The notes under the pieces are model-generated. The model had not been told where the DNA came from. It saw only the letters and a program-made list of their open reading frames with translations, and made no database searches. The position numbers and the translations under genes are program-made. A stretch of 63,995 nucleotides of DNA, filler included, from Rhabdomonas costata (lineage: Eukaryota): NCBI GenBank assembly GCA_019059605.1. It is 14 parts of 14 records of this genome, joined end to end, with 100 filler letters (N's around TTAATTAATTAA, not from the genome) between each part and the next. Parts side by side here need not be neighbours in the genome. Positions count along the whole stretch, not along the records: positions 46,018 to 50,504 come from JAHMHO010000231.1; positions 50,605 to 55,084 come from JAHMHO010000232.1; positions 55,185 to 59,663 come from JAHMHO010000233.1; positions 59,764 to 63,995 come from JAHMHO010000304.1; 10 more parts are not named here. One strand, written 5' to 3'. Each line of letters begins with the position of its first letter. Position 1 is the first letter of the stretch. Positions 49,001 through 59,945 of the stretch are shown one piece after another.

Positions 49001-50504
49001 AGGAGTACAAAGATCTATTTCCAGAGAAGCTGCTCCAATGGTTACCACCAGCTCATCCAACCTACCACCGCATTGAATTCCAAGAGAAGTTTTGCATCCC
49101 AGCTCCGCGCACGTACAGATTGGCCACCAGCGAAGATTACGAGTTACAGCGTCAGATGCAGGACTTGCTGGACCATCAGTACATCAAGAAAGTCACGTCC
49201 CACTACGGCTCAGGAATCCTTTTCGTCCCGAAAGCAAACGGTAATCTACGGATGGTGGTGTAATACCGACCCATCAACAAGCTGGCCGTGGTGGACAAGT
49301 ACCACCATCCACGCATCGACGAGATGCTTGATCAAGTTGGAGATAGCTGATTCTTCTCCAAGCATGACCTGCACTCTGTCTTCCACCAGATCAGGGTACA
49401 CCCATACCACATGAAGAGCACAGCATTCAAAACGAAGTACGGCACCTTCGCCTATCAGGTCATGCCGTTCGGACTCTGCAATGCCCCAGCTAACTTCCAG
49501 AAGACGATGAAATTCATCTTCAAAACGATCTATCAGGGGTTTGTGGCAGATTACGCAACTGTTGCAGCGCCATTGACAGATCTGATGCAGAATAAAAGCG
49601 AGTGGGCGTGGTTGCACGAACAGAAGCAAGCTTTTGAGTTGCTAAAGTCGCGCCTTCTCCAAGCGCAAGTTCTCATTCACCCCCACATGAAGAAGCCATT
49701 TCTCTTACACACAGACGGGTCAGATGTGGGCATTGGTGCCACGCTGTCGCAGTTGGATTCGGAGTGCGTGCCGAGGCTTGTAGCCTGCCGCTCGAGGAAG
49801 ATGAATAAGGCGCAGAAGAATTAACCAGTGCATTATAAGAAGATGTTCACCTTGGTTGACGCGCTGGAGGACTGGATGCACTATCTACTGGGCTCAGAGT
49901 TACACATCTACACCGAAAACTCAGCTCTGCGGTACCTCCAAAACTCAGCGCGCCATTCCTCGCGTCAGGTGAGATGGCTGAAAAAGCTGCAGTTGTACAG
50001 CCCGCTGAAAATTGCTCATATCCATGGAAAAACTCACACTGCAGCTGATGTGTTGTCCCGTAGCCAGCTGTTGCGTGACAAAGAGTCCAGTTATCAAGAG
50101 AACACCGAGCTGAGAACGGCCGCTCCGTCTCAGGCGTCGGTGATTTCAGGTACTGTTGTGCATATGAAGGAAATCACCCGCTTGGATAGGCTGCTCCGTT
50201 CCAGGCGTCAGTGTTATCCGCTTCTGTACATACGGAACCACTGCTGGGTTCGGCTGCTCCGTCCTATCATTTGGTGACTTCTCTTGCGACAAACTTGAAG
50301 GTGGATGCTCCATCTCCAGTTTTTTCCTCAAGTAAATCTCAGGGTCGTCACGTGAACATGATGTGTGAGGTAGCTCCTTCACAGATGGTCGCCAACAAGG
50401 CCAAGGAAACATTAGGGGCAGTGTCCAAGGCGGCCGCTCCGCCAATGACCAGAAAAGTCTTCTTCCAGCCCTGCCTTGCAGCACCTTTGTCTTCAGAGCC
50501 ACTT
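46018..50504 (+). mobile_element. Degenerate Ty3/Gypsy LTR retrotransposon internal region (gag-PR-dUTPase-RT-RNase H), truncated at both contig ends
   Basis: Gag zinc knuckle CFYCCAEDHWASTC (~46512-46556); protease-like LLYSGASDSFIS (~47549-47585); dUTPase (~48060-48470); RT LFVPKANGNLRMVV*YRPINK...DKYHHPRIDEMLDQV...TAFKTKYGTFAYQVMPFGLCNAPANFQ; RNase H PFLLHTDGSDVGIGATLSQ...DALEDWMHYLLG. No introns; several stops and frameshifts. Confidence 0.93.
48060..48470 (+). pseudogene. dut: Trimeric (beta-fold) dUTPase domain within the retrotransposon pol
   Basis: Motif 1 AAGFDL, motif 2 GRIAPRSG, motif 3 AGVIDPDYR, motif 4 GDWVVQ. Motif 5 (RGKGGFGSS) lies in a shifted frame at ~48443-48469. Confidence 0.9.
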
Positions 50505-50604
50505 NNNNNNNNNNNNNNNNNNNNNNNNNNNNNNNNNNNNNNNNNNNNTTAATTAATTAANNNNNNNNNNNNNNNNNNNNNNNNNNNNNNNNNNNNNNNN
50601 NNNN

Positions 50605-50713
50605 GGGTTTTGGGCCTTTCTTTCAAGGAAGTACAGAAGGCTTGCCTTCCCGAGTGAACCCACAACGGGAAGGCAAGCCTTCTGTACTTCCTTGAAAGAA
50701 AGGCCCAGAGCCC
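50605..50713. repeat. Fold-back inverted repeat at contig start
   Basis: 50611-50652 is the exact reverse complement of 50666-50707 (42 bp), with a 13-nt loop. It extends with 2 mismatches to the contig edge. Confidence 0.92.
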
Positions 50714-50922
50714 ATTCAGCGCCTCGGTTGATCACTACATACTCGAACCCCACTACGGCGAGGGAGGTCATCGTGGCGAATCTTTATCTAGAGCTCGGCG
50801 GGCTCGTTACATGCCACCATGTCTGCCCAAACTGGCGGGCGCCCGAGTCCGCAGCAAGATCCTCCCTCTGCAAAAACAGAGCCTTGCGGAGACGGCGGCG
50901 CACTTCGGGTGGAGATTTTAGC

Positions 50923-53900
50923 TCAGGGCCCTCGCCTATCCCGAGAGAAGGGGCGCCGCACAGACGTGGAGGACCCCAGGATCTCCGCAAGGCTGCTGTA
51001 CGTGGCCGAGCGCTCCCCGCGGCACCACGTGCACTCCCAGTGGTGCACTGCGTGGGTGTTCCGGGTGAACCGTCCTCTAGGAGGGTGGGGGGAGTAGGAG
51101 AAGTGCACATCTATTTTGGGCCCGTACTAAGGGAGCTCTACGGTGGGGTTCTTGCAAGCTGGGAGGGTAAACGAAGGAGAGGATTTGGTACTATCGTGCC
51201 CAGCACCCAGCAGCTTACAAGTTCGAAATACCGAGACCCTTTGCAGTCCAGCGACACACAGATACAAATAACGCACGAAGAAAGAACACTACTTTTATAG
51301 CTGTTGTTCTTGAGACAGTTCTTGAGACACCAATATATCGTCATGGACATGTTGATTCGGACAACCGGAAACTTGAAGCAAAGAAAATGCTGTCACCCCT
51401 AGAATAACGGTGTAGCAACTAACGAAGTGGATTCACTCACAAACTACCTTAACTCTCGGTATTGTTGTTCAAAATCAGAACTTTACTACAATGAAGGCTT
51501 CGTTTGCTCACAGAGACTTGATCCTGATCGATTTGTACGGTTGCAAAACTTGCCAGCATGCAAAAACCAAGAACCAAAGAGAGAAAGATGAAATTTCATG
51601 CATTTTTGGCATCCAAAACTTTTATTAAAGGAAGAAATCGTCCAAGAATTGACATGACACAGCTATCTAAGTAGATATGTCCACAGCGATAGTTCTCGCA
51701 AAAGCATCAATCAATTGAAGAAATAGTAACGCAGCCCTCAACGACATCCCATCTTTCTCGGAGCGTAAGACACGGGTTGGAAAGAAACAAGTTTCATCAC
51801 CATCAAGTTCAGGGAGAGAGTTCGGGGGGCGGCAGGTAAGTACTTGGGGTTGACCACAACCCACTGACAGGCCGCTCGGTTAGCGTCAGTGATGACCTCA
51901 CAGGCCTTTCTGAGAGAGCCCATGTTCCAGTAGGCAACCTCAGGGTAGAAGTACTCTTCTGGAAGGAGGGTCACGGATGCGGAATTATCCTCCGCCTGAT
52001 AGGCGGTAAAAGTGTCATGCAGCACCCGAGGACCTGAATCACACAAACATGACATTATGTCACCAGAACCATACATTATCTTCATATCAATTTTCTGTCC
52101 TAATTATAGCCGTAGAATTCTCTACACAACAGCCGGATTAACACCCTCTCTTTTGAATGAATGACAAAGAAATGCAGAACACAAGGCCAACAATCGCAGG
52201 GTATGTGTTGGGGGGGGGGGATGAAGGGAGCACGAGCTTCAGCCAAAGCATTCCATTCCAAAGCATGCCACTCTGCATGCTCAAAACGTTTTCTCTCGAA
52301 CGCGCAAAAAGAGGAACCCACCAGCTCATGTGTGTATGCATAGAGGCAGGGAAAAAAGACCACGGCACGTGGAAACTAGAAACTTTTTTCTGAGTTGATG
52401 TGTATCTCGAGGATCTTTAGCATCCACTTTTTGTATTGCCCAGGTACTTTGGCGGGACCACAGCGGATCGCAAGATGGGCCTGAACTTTGTTCAGCAACC
52501 TGAGAGGGCCACGGGGTCAGTCACCCCTGCGGAAAGGCGGCTGGCAATGGCTCGCATCAGGAGAGCCCAGAAGGGGTGCCCAGGGCGGGAGCCCAGCACA
52601 GCGTTGCAAACGTGAGAGCCTGGCTTGTTCTCCAGCAACACCGCGTGGGCCTGAGGCCATTCCCGCATACCCGGAGAGCGTCGTCAGCATAAACATTCAT
52701 ACTATGCAATCTGCAGTATGGTTGGTTAGCTGAGTGTCCTGGATCGAAGCTGTAACACACAAGTCAAGGGGCTACTTTTACACCAAAGCTGATAAACGGT
52801 GATCAGTGGTAGAAGATTTGCTATTGAATGGGATTTTTTGCGGTCCGCTACAAATGGAGCAAAGAATGGAACATCACAGGACAGCCCTGAGGTACTGTGT
52901 GTTGAGGACGAGAAAGGCTAATGCACCATTGGTTCCGACGCCACCACCGCCTCGTTCATCAGAATAAGGTCCTCGAAGCTCGAGGTGCACTCCACGTCCA
53001 TGTCCGCATAAATGCCCCCAAACTGTGGTCACGGCGAAAAAGGGCAATAAATGAATAATAGCAAAACCATTAATACACTGGAAGCAAACCGTTGCCGTTG
53101 GGAAGGCCAAATGACACCCATTTTCTGTTTACGTGACAGGAAACAGAGCACTCCAAAAAGCATCAGCGTATCAAAAGCACCATTGTGGAAAAAGCAAGAC
53201 ACAAGAAGAAAGGGTGGCCATCACAATAAAAATAGTGCATACGCACGAAGTAAATTTATGGTCCTATTTGTATTCAGGGAAGTTCCGCAAACAACCGAAT
53301 AAGAGGGATCCCACACGTGGGGACAAGAAAACAATGAAGAGAGGGGGGGGGGATAAAAGCCAAAAGAAGGAAGGCGTTTCGCGAAAAGTGAGTGTTGAAA
53401 GCAAAGGAGAGACAAATAATTAATCGATTAATGGACATGCGAAAAGCGCAGAAACCCGAGGCTGGTGCCTCACGTTGATTGGTATTCCAAATATGAACGA
53501 ATGGGATGAATTCATAAGCTCAGTGATCAGGAATGCAGAAGGACCCCCCTCCGCACCCTCCCAAGTAACCCCTTGCCCACGAGGTGAGGACAAACCTTGT
53601 GCAGGTAAGCGTACCGCGCGAAGTCGGAGCGCGACACGCCCGTGGGAAGGGCATGGTAGACGCTGAGGAATTGCGGGTAGTGGCGGGCAATAAGCCCTGC
53701 GTTGTCCGCGTCATCCCAAAAGTAAACCTGCGCCCAGCAATGCCAAGGGGGCTTCGGCAATGGGGATCACAACTAACGTGAATGCGCTTAATTCCATCGA
53801 ACACCCAAATTAAAAAAACGCAAAAGCCCACACTGTGATGTGATGGGACGAAGCAATTAATGCGCATATGTTTGATCTGTTACAGCAGCCTTCTAGCTTC

Positions 53901-55084
53901 AAGGTCTGTAACGGTACGGATTCAAGATATTCCCCCCGCCAATAATGCAAACTACCTCCCATCCGGGGTTGAGACGAACCCAGCTCTGCATCCAGGGTGC
54001 GAATCTCGAGGGAATCGCCGTGGAGGACTTCCAGCTCTGGTGGATAATTCTCGGTATTCTGGGAGCAGGCAGCACCGGCTGCAGTCCAGCTTCCGGGCTT
54101 CTCACAGCTCCATCCCCCCGCTGGCTACCATTGCTCAAGGCAGATGCCCGAGAGGAGGCAGGCGAATGAGAAGATCGCCCCACTGGTTCACTGACGCTGC
54201 GCGAACTCAATGGTGTCCTTGGCTCCGGTCGAGCAGGACGGGCGGCGCCACCAACCCCATCCAAGGGAACGGAAGTACGAACTTTGCTGTCAGCCGGCTG
54301 CCCCTGGGTGCTTTTGGGGCGCTCCTGCTCTGAGTCGCTTAGCAAGCTCTGTTTCGCTGAGGCAGGCGCACCCGCAGAGTTTCTTTGGACACTGGTCAAA
54401 GGGTCTTCACCGCTTGCGTCGGCGGGTTTGCTGGAATCAACCCTTTGGGCGTAGCCAGTGGAGCGATCATCGGGAGGACTTTTCTTGGAGTTGGAGACAT
54501 TGTCCCCAGCCTCGACAGAAGAAGATCTGTCTCCAGTGTCTTCAAAGTGGTAATCAAACGTATCTCCATCCCGTTCGTTCTCGTCCCTGGCCGGGAGGTT
54601 CCCAACACCGTCTGGACTGCCAGAAGCTTGCACCTCATTCATGACAGGGAAGGCTTGCCTGCGTCGCCTCAACCCTTGTGGGGAGTCATCCCATTTCTCC
54701 TGCAAGTCAGGCACACCCTTCCGCAGTTCTGCCTCCATCTGCGGATTTCTCCACTCAACAGGGTGGTTATCTCCGTTTCCCTTATTGTCCATCTGCCATC
54801 GCGAGGGACGGGACCAGTTGTCCCACTCGACCGCGTTTTCCAAAAGTTCCCCCAAACGATCGTTGACACCCGATGGACCACGGGTCTGCGCGCTGCGGCG
54901 TTTTTGACTACTCGCTGGAAGGTGCATATTTTGCTTAACTTTTCTGAAATCGGCGAGCGAGTGCTCAGGGTGCAGACGCAAGCGGACTCCACGGCGGCGT
55001 GGAATTCCGGTGGCCACTGCAGGAAACTTAGCCGGCGTGGGCGGGGAGGAGCGTTGAGACAGAGTGTGGGCCGCCACCCCACCC
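50923..55084 (-). CDS. GT32-family glycosyltransferase (DXD sugar-binding; Sur1/Csg1/Och1-like) with long disordered stem, 5' end missing
   Basis: Exons ending 53956 (IPRIIHQSWK...WMQSWVRLNPGWE), 53727-53596 (YFWDD...RSDFARYAYLHK), 53022-~52927 (FGGIYADMDVEC), ~52650-52501 (CNAVLGSRPGHPFW), ~52032-51843 (GPRVL...YFYP) and 51076-50923 (HAVHHWECTW, stop). Confidence 0.9.
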
Positions 55085-56599
55085 NNNNNNNNNNNNNNNN
55101 NNNNNNNNNNNNNNNNNNNNNNNNNNNNTTAATTAATTAANNNNNNNNNNNNNNNNNNNNNNNNNNNNNNNNNNNNNNNNNNNNTACTGACCAATTACGT
55201 GTGACAGATAGCTTCCTTGTTTGAGCATGTTCCTTGCTTAGAGGGGCTTTCTTGTTCTCACAAAGCTCAGATAGTGGAATGCAGGCGGACGAGTGGTTTC
55301 AGACGTGCGGATCATTTAAGCTTACCCATTCAGTGTAATAGGCAGTTACAGTATCGCAACTGTTGACTGAGGAGGTTGGTAAATCAGATGGTTTTTTTCG
55401 CAGGTGCACATGCGCAGAGAGTCCATCGGGATTTGACAGTGTGTACAACCGTCTGGAGCATGTGATGTTGCTTGCGGAGAGTCATGAATCACACCAGCGA
55501 CCGCCAGGGAATCCAGTACTGCTGAGAGCGACTCAATTGCTCTACGTGGCATGCGGAGTTCTTCAGCAGAAGGCATGCGGATTTCTGTATGAGAAGTTCT
55601 GCAACGTGCCCAAGGGATGCGGAGCGCACGACCTGGTGACATGCTGAGTATCCCCATTGGATTCGCGCAGCATCCAAAATATAAAGAGGGAAATGGTCTG
55701 CACAGTACATTGGATCACTAACTTGTCCGAATGACCCAGCCAGCTTCGTAAAATATTGAGAAGAGATTCCGAATTGGGAGCAATACGGGGTCCTGTCCCA
55801 TCCGTGTTTCCTAATTCCGATCAAAAAATCAAATTCATGGTCTTGCCAGAAATAATTCCGCGCTGACGATGCAGTATTTTCCCATGTAATGTTCAAGATG
55901 TGCACGTTGAAGTGGCGCTCTCGGACACAAAAACAACAAGTCATTTGATCGAACAACACGTTGCGGTGTTATCAAACGGAACACAAAAAGCATGTGGTTG
56001 TCGCTTAATATCATTTCACATTAGCCACCAATGGTTGTAAAGTTGCATCTACATTTTGTAACGAAGGGCTGCAGCCACAGGCCAGATGCCTTTGCTCTTT
56101 CTGCCAGTTTCCGTGTGAGCAAAGACACATTTCTCTTGGGTGATTAATTAGTTCAGACTTAGGGCATGATGCATGCTATAAGCTGTTCACTTGAAGTCCC
56201 AAATAAAGGTGAAAGTGGTCAAATGTAACATTCTGACGGTGAAGCAGTATGTCAGCATTCATGGCAGAATTGGTTCATTTCCACTCCACTTCCAATCGTG
56301 CTTTGTTCATTTACTAGAGTAGACGGATAGTCACATCAATATGGTTACTAATCAGACACATGTTTCTGTGTTAGAAGCGATGAGCAACTCAGAGCAACAC
56401 ACACCATCCTAGAAGGAATGTCACGTAGAGCCAGAGCTTGTCCCTCCACTTGCAGCGCACTAAGAGTTGTTGCTACAATTGAACCATCAGTATCAGATGA
56501 GCGTGTTTCTGAGGCTACCTAGTCAGCGGATTCCTATCATATATCTCACCAGCGGCAATATATCAGTTCCACGGAGTAATGCTGCTATATTGTACCACA

Positions 56600-57810
56600 C
56601 CCACGTTCCAGAAGTTAGGGAAGAAGTTGTGAACTCTCCTGAAATACTGCATGACCATTTGATCTACAAAGTTGAATTCAGCCACATGTGGCCCCTCTTG
56701 TCAGACAGCCACCATTCCTCGGGAATTATGAAGCTCAAAGGGGAGAATATTTTGCCAGACTTACCACCATCACGTCCCACCGACCATTGTATTTTGCCGA
56801 GAAGTTTTGCATCGCAGTGCCGAGTATGTATCGGCTCATAGCAAGGCTGCGGAACTGCAGCTACAACTCAAAGAACTGCTGGACCGCCAATACATTAAAG
56901 ATATCACATTTCCATATGGCTCCTAGATACTGTTTGTCACAACAGCCAATTGGAAGCAGCGCATGGTGGTAGAATACCTTATCGTCAACAGGCTGACATT
57001 GTTGGACAAGTACCACATCCCGCGAGATGCTTGATCAAGTTTGGAGACGGTCTTTACTTCTTAAATCTTGACTGACACCCGGGATTTCACCAAACCAGGG
57101 TGCATCAGGACCATGTGGAGCGCACGGCGTTCCGTACAAAGTATGGTCATGCAACCCGGTCGCTGTGACACACAGTCCAACCTCTGGAAGTCCGCGAATT
57201 TTTTTATCCCATAACAGGCGCAATCGAAATCGACGACATCTTGGTTATATCAGGGACCATGATAAAACTTGGTCTCACGGCGGGCGGCGGACGAAAAGTT
57301 ACTGGAGGAGAGCTTTTGAGCGGCCACAAAGAAGTGCACGTAAGCCCATCCTGAGGTTGAGTCCTACGGCTTTATGGGGAGGTTTTGAATGCGCTAGCAG
57401 CCCCAGAAATTTGTTGCCGGTTGGCATTAGCCCGTACACATGAAGTTTCGGAGGAGTTTTCTGGACCTGTGCTGCTCCCACCGGTTGCGCGTAGGACGCG
57501 GCATCTGCGACACCTGTGACGGACCTGATGGTTACCAGCGCATCTTCAAGCGTTTGAGTTACTAAAGCCCTGCCTGTTGCAGGCTCAGGTACGACCTTAC
57601 CTGGAAATCAAAAAGACCTTTTCCGTTGCACACAATTGCGTCCGAGGTTGGCGTTGGGGTAGTGGGATTCCGAGAGCGTGCCAAGCTCGTTGCCGGCCGC
57701 TCGCGGAAGCTCTTTTGGACGCGTTGGAGGACTGGAGGAGTTTGGTCTCAGAGATTCACACAGAATTTAGCACGCCCCTCTGGAAATCTGCAGCTTTACA
57801 GCTTGTTTAA
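56600..57810 (+). mobile_element. Heavily decayed Ty3/Gypsy RT-RNase H fragment, same family as 46018-50504
   Basis: Shared sequence with the first element: ttaccacca...gagaagttttgcatc (56761-56813 vs 49042-49098), ggacaagtaccacatcc...gagatgcttgatcaagtt, TAFRTKY-like, IDDILV (~57229) and DALEDW (~57718). Many indels. Confidence 0.8.
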
Positions 57811-59945
57811 CAAGCTGCGGCCTGTGTACTTGTATTGACTGTGTTTCTTTTCGGAATTTAGCGAGCCACCGCAAGGCCACCTCAAAGGATCCAACTAAAT
57901 CATAATGTTAAGATTGCGCTGCTGACTGGAGTGAAGTGGGGTGGAGTGGAGTGGAGTGGATCCGTCTGCTGATTCACACCCACAGGACGCAGCTCAGCAC
58001 GCAAACACGTCACACCATGTTTGTGAGCGAAGGAAGCGCGCGAGCGCACTCACGCTATCGCCCGCACATTGACGCATCAGGTTGCACCAGGTTGAAAGGA
58101 ATAAGCCAAAATGGCTTATTCAGTGAGAGAGTGCCAGTGGTGGGGCAACAAGCCCACAGAAAACCGGGAAACCCCTATTATCCTGCTGTATACACAGGGC
58201 TGAGAAACGGCGAGCAGTCCGAAAAGAGGAAAAGTGCATGCAGGGGGATACACTGACATTCAAGTGTAATGGATCGCGTGGAGTTCCAGCAGAGAACCTT
58301 GACCGATGAGAACACGGAACACCAGGGCCGAGAAGACATATGGTCAGTGCACATGGAAAACCGTGCAGACCGCGGAGCGAAAATGGGTGCGGAGGGTGAG
58401 GAGTGGGCAATTGGATTGGAAGGGGTGGAACTTTGCAGGGCAGTCAACCGGCCATCCCAGCAAAGAAGTTCCCAACCATTCGGAACGGCTCTGAGAGAAA
58501 GCCAGCCAAGATAAAAAAGCACCTCCAGCTTTGATGAAATACACATGTGCCCACCACACGCACTCGCGATACCCGGGCTGCTTGAGATCCTCCTAGCCGG
58601 CCAGGCCGGGCTGGAGGGAGGAGGCGACACACACACAGCGACAAAGCGAATTGCCCAAAAAGAAAATAGAAACATATCAAATTCCGCCAACTTTCCGCGG
58701 CACCTCATCTATGCTGACGCCGACACATCATCAAAGGTGCACCAGTCTCTATTGAGAGCTTGGCTTTGGAAGGGGCAGTGTGTGGCGTCGTTGGACATGG
58801 GGGCTTCCACCCTGGAGGGAGGCCATCCCTCGGGGGGTCAGATGAGGAAAAGGAATCAGGCTCTGTGAAGATGCCGGACACACACACACACAGTTTGCAT
58901 CACCCAGTGTGATTTTCCTATGAATGGTGAAGGTGAATGACACCTCACTTTTCACATAGCGCGAAGAAATGATGTTGAGGCTTTTCGCGGTTACATCCGG
59001 AGGAGGTGAGTGAGTACTGTAGCTTAATTACCAGCGTCAGGTGCAACCCTCCCTATGTTCACCCTATTTCAGAAGCATTCGGCCCATATTGAAACGAAAG
59101 CTAGGGGAGGACAAGGAAAACGATCGAATGCATTCTTGGAAGCCCATATGTGTACAACGAAGGATGTGGATACAATAATGAGAAGCATTTCTTTGCAACA
59201 GAAATGGATGCTAACTCACCACCCGCTCTCTCCACTTTGCCCACTACGGAACAAGCACAAGGCCCCGTATTCTCCTGAGCAAAATCCAAGGTTTTGTCAC
59301 AATTTGTTCTTCTTGGGGTAGTGCGGCAAACAGAATGAGAGTACAACCCCCCCAGTCCAACCTGAGTTCTCCGCACAAATCGCTGCTGCTCCCTGGAAGA
59401 CGCTGGAGGGTGGGGAACGCGAACCTGAAGAGGAGAGAGATTCGTGCATCGGTAACGGGAATGGGGAGTAACTGGGCACACGATACCGGGCCTTCGAGTA
59501 AAGTCCGCAGCAAAGCTCGGCAAGCGCTGAAGATCGTGGCACATCAAAAACACCATGCAGAGGTGCAAAGAAAAAAGTCGTGGCCCTGCCCGCTTCCCCG
59601 GCTGTCACCCTTCAATGTTTCTCTGCAACCTAAGTTCCTCGTAAACAAACTTCACAACCCACCNNNNNNNNNNNNNNNNNNNNNNNNNNNNNNNNNNNNN
59701 NNNNNNNTTAATTAATTAANNNNNNNNNNNNNNNNNNNNNNNNNNNNNNNNNNNNNNNNNNNNGGTTTGTTGGTGGTTTCTTTTTTTTTTGCGGTGTCAG
59801 TCTTAAAAATTAGCTTTTGTGCCCTCATTGGACGACCCCAGCTCTACCATTCGCACGTCCTCTTTCAATGCTGCTCCTTGCCGTTCTGCAGAGCCCAGAA
59901 ACGCTCAACACCGTCAAGAATACATCACTTTCAGTTGCCTCGCAG

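Noticed and set aside
55404-59560. Possible exons at ~55404-55647, ~58269-58514 and ~59340-59562, and at 41670-41880 (minus)
   Set aside because: They may be coding, but frame, splice linkage and family could not be established.
4513-59763. Regularly spaced identical TTAATTAATTAA palindromes about every 4.6 kb
   Set aside because: Each sits inside an N-run. They are artificial contig linkers, not a biological repeat array or CRISPR.
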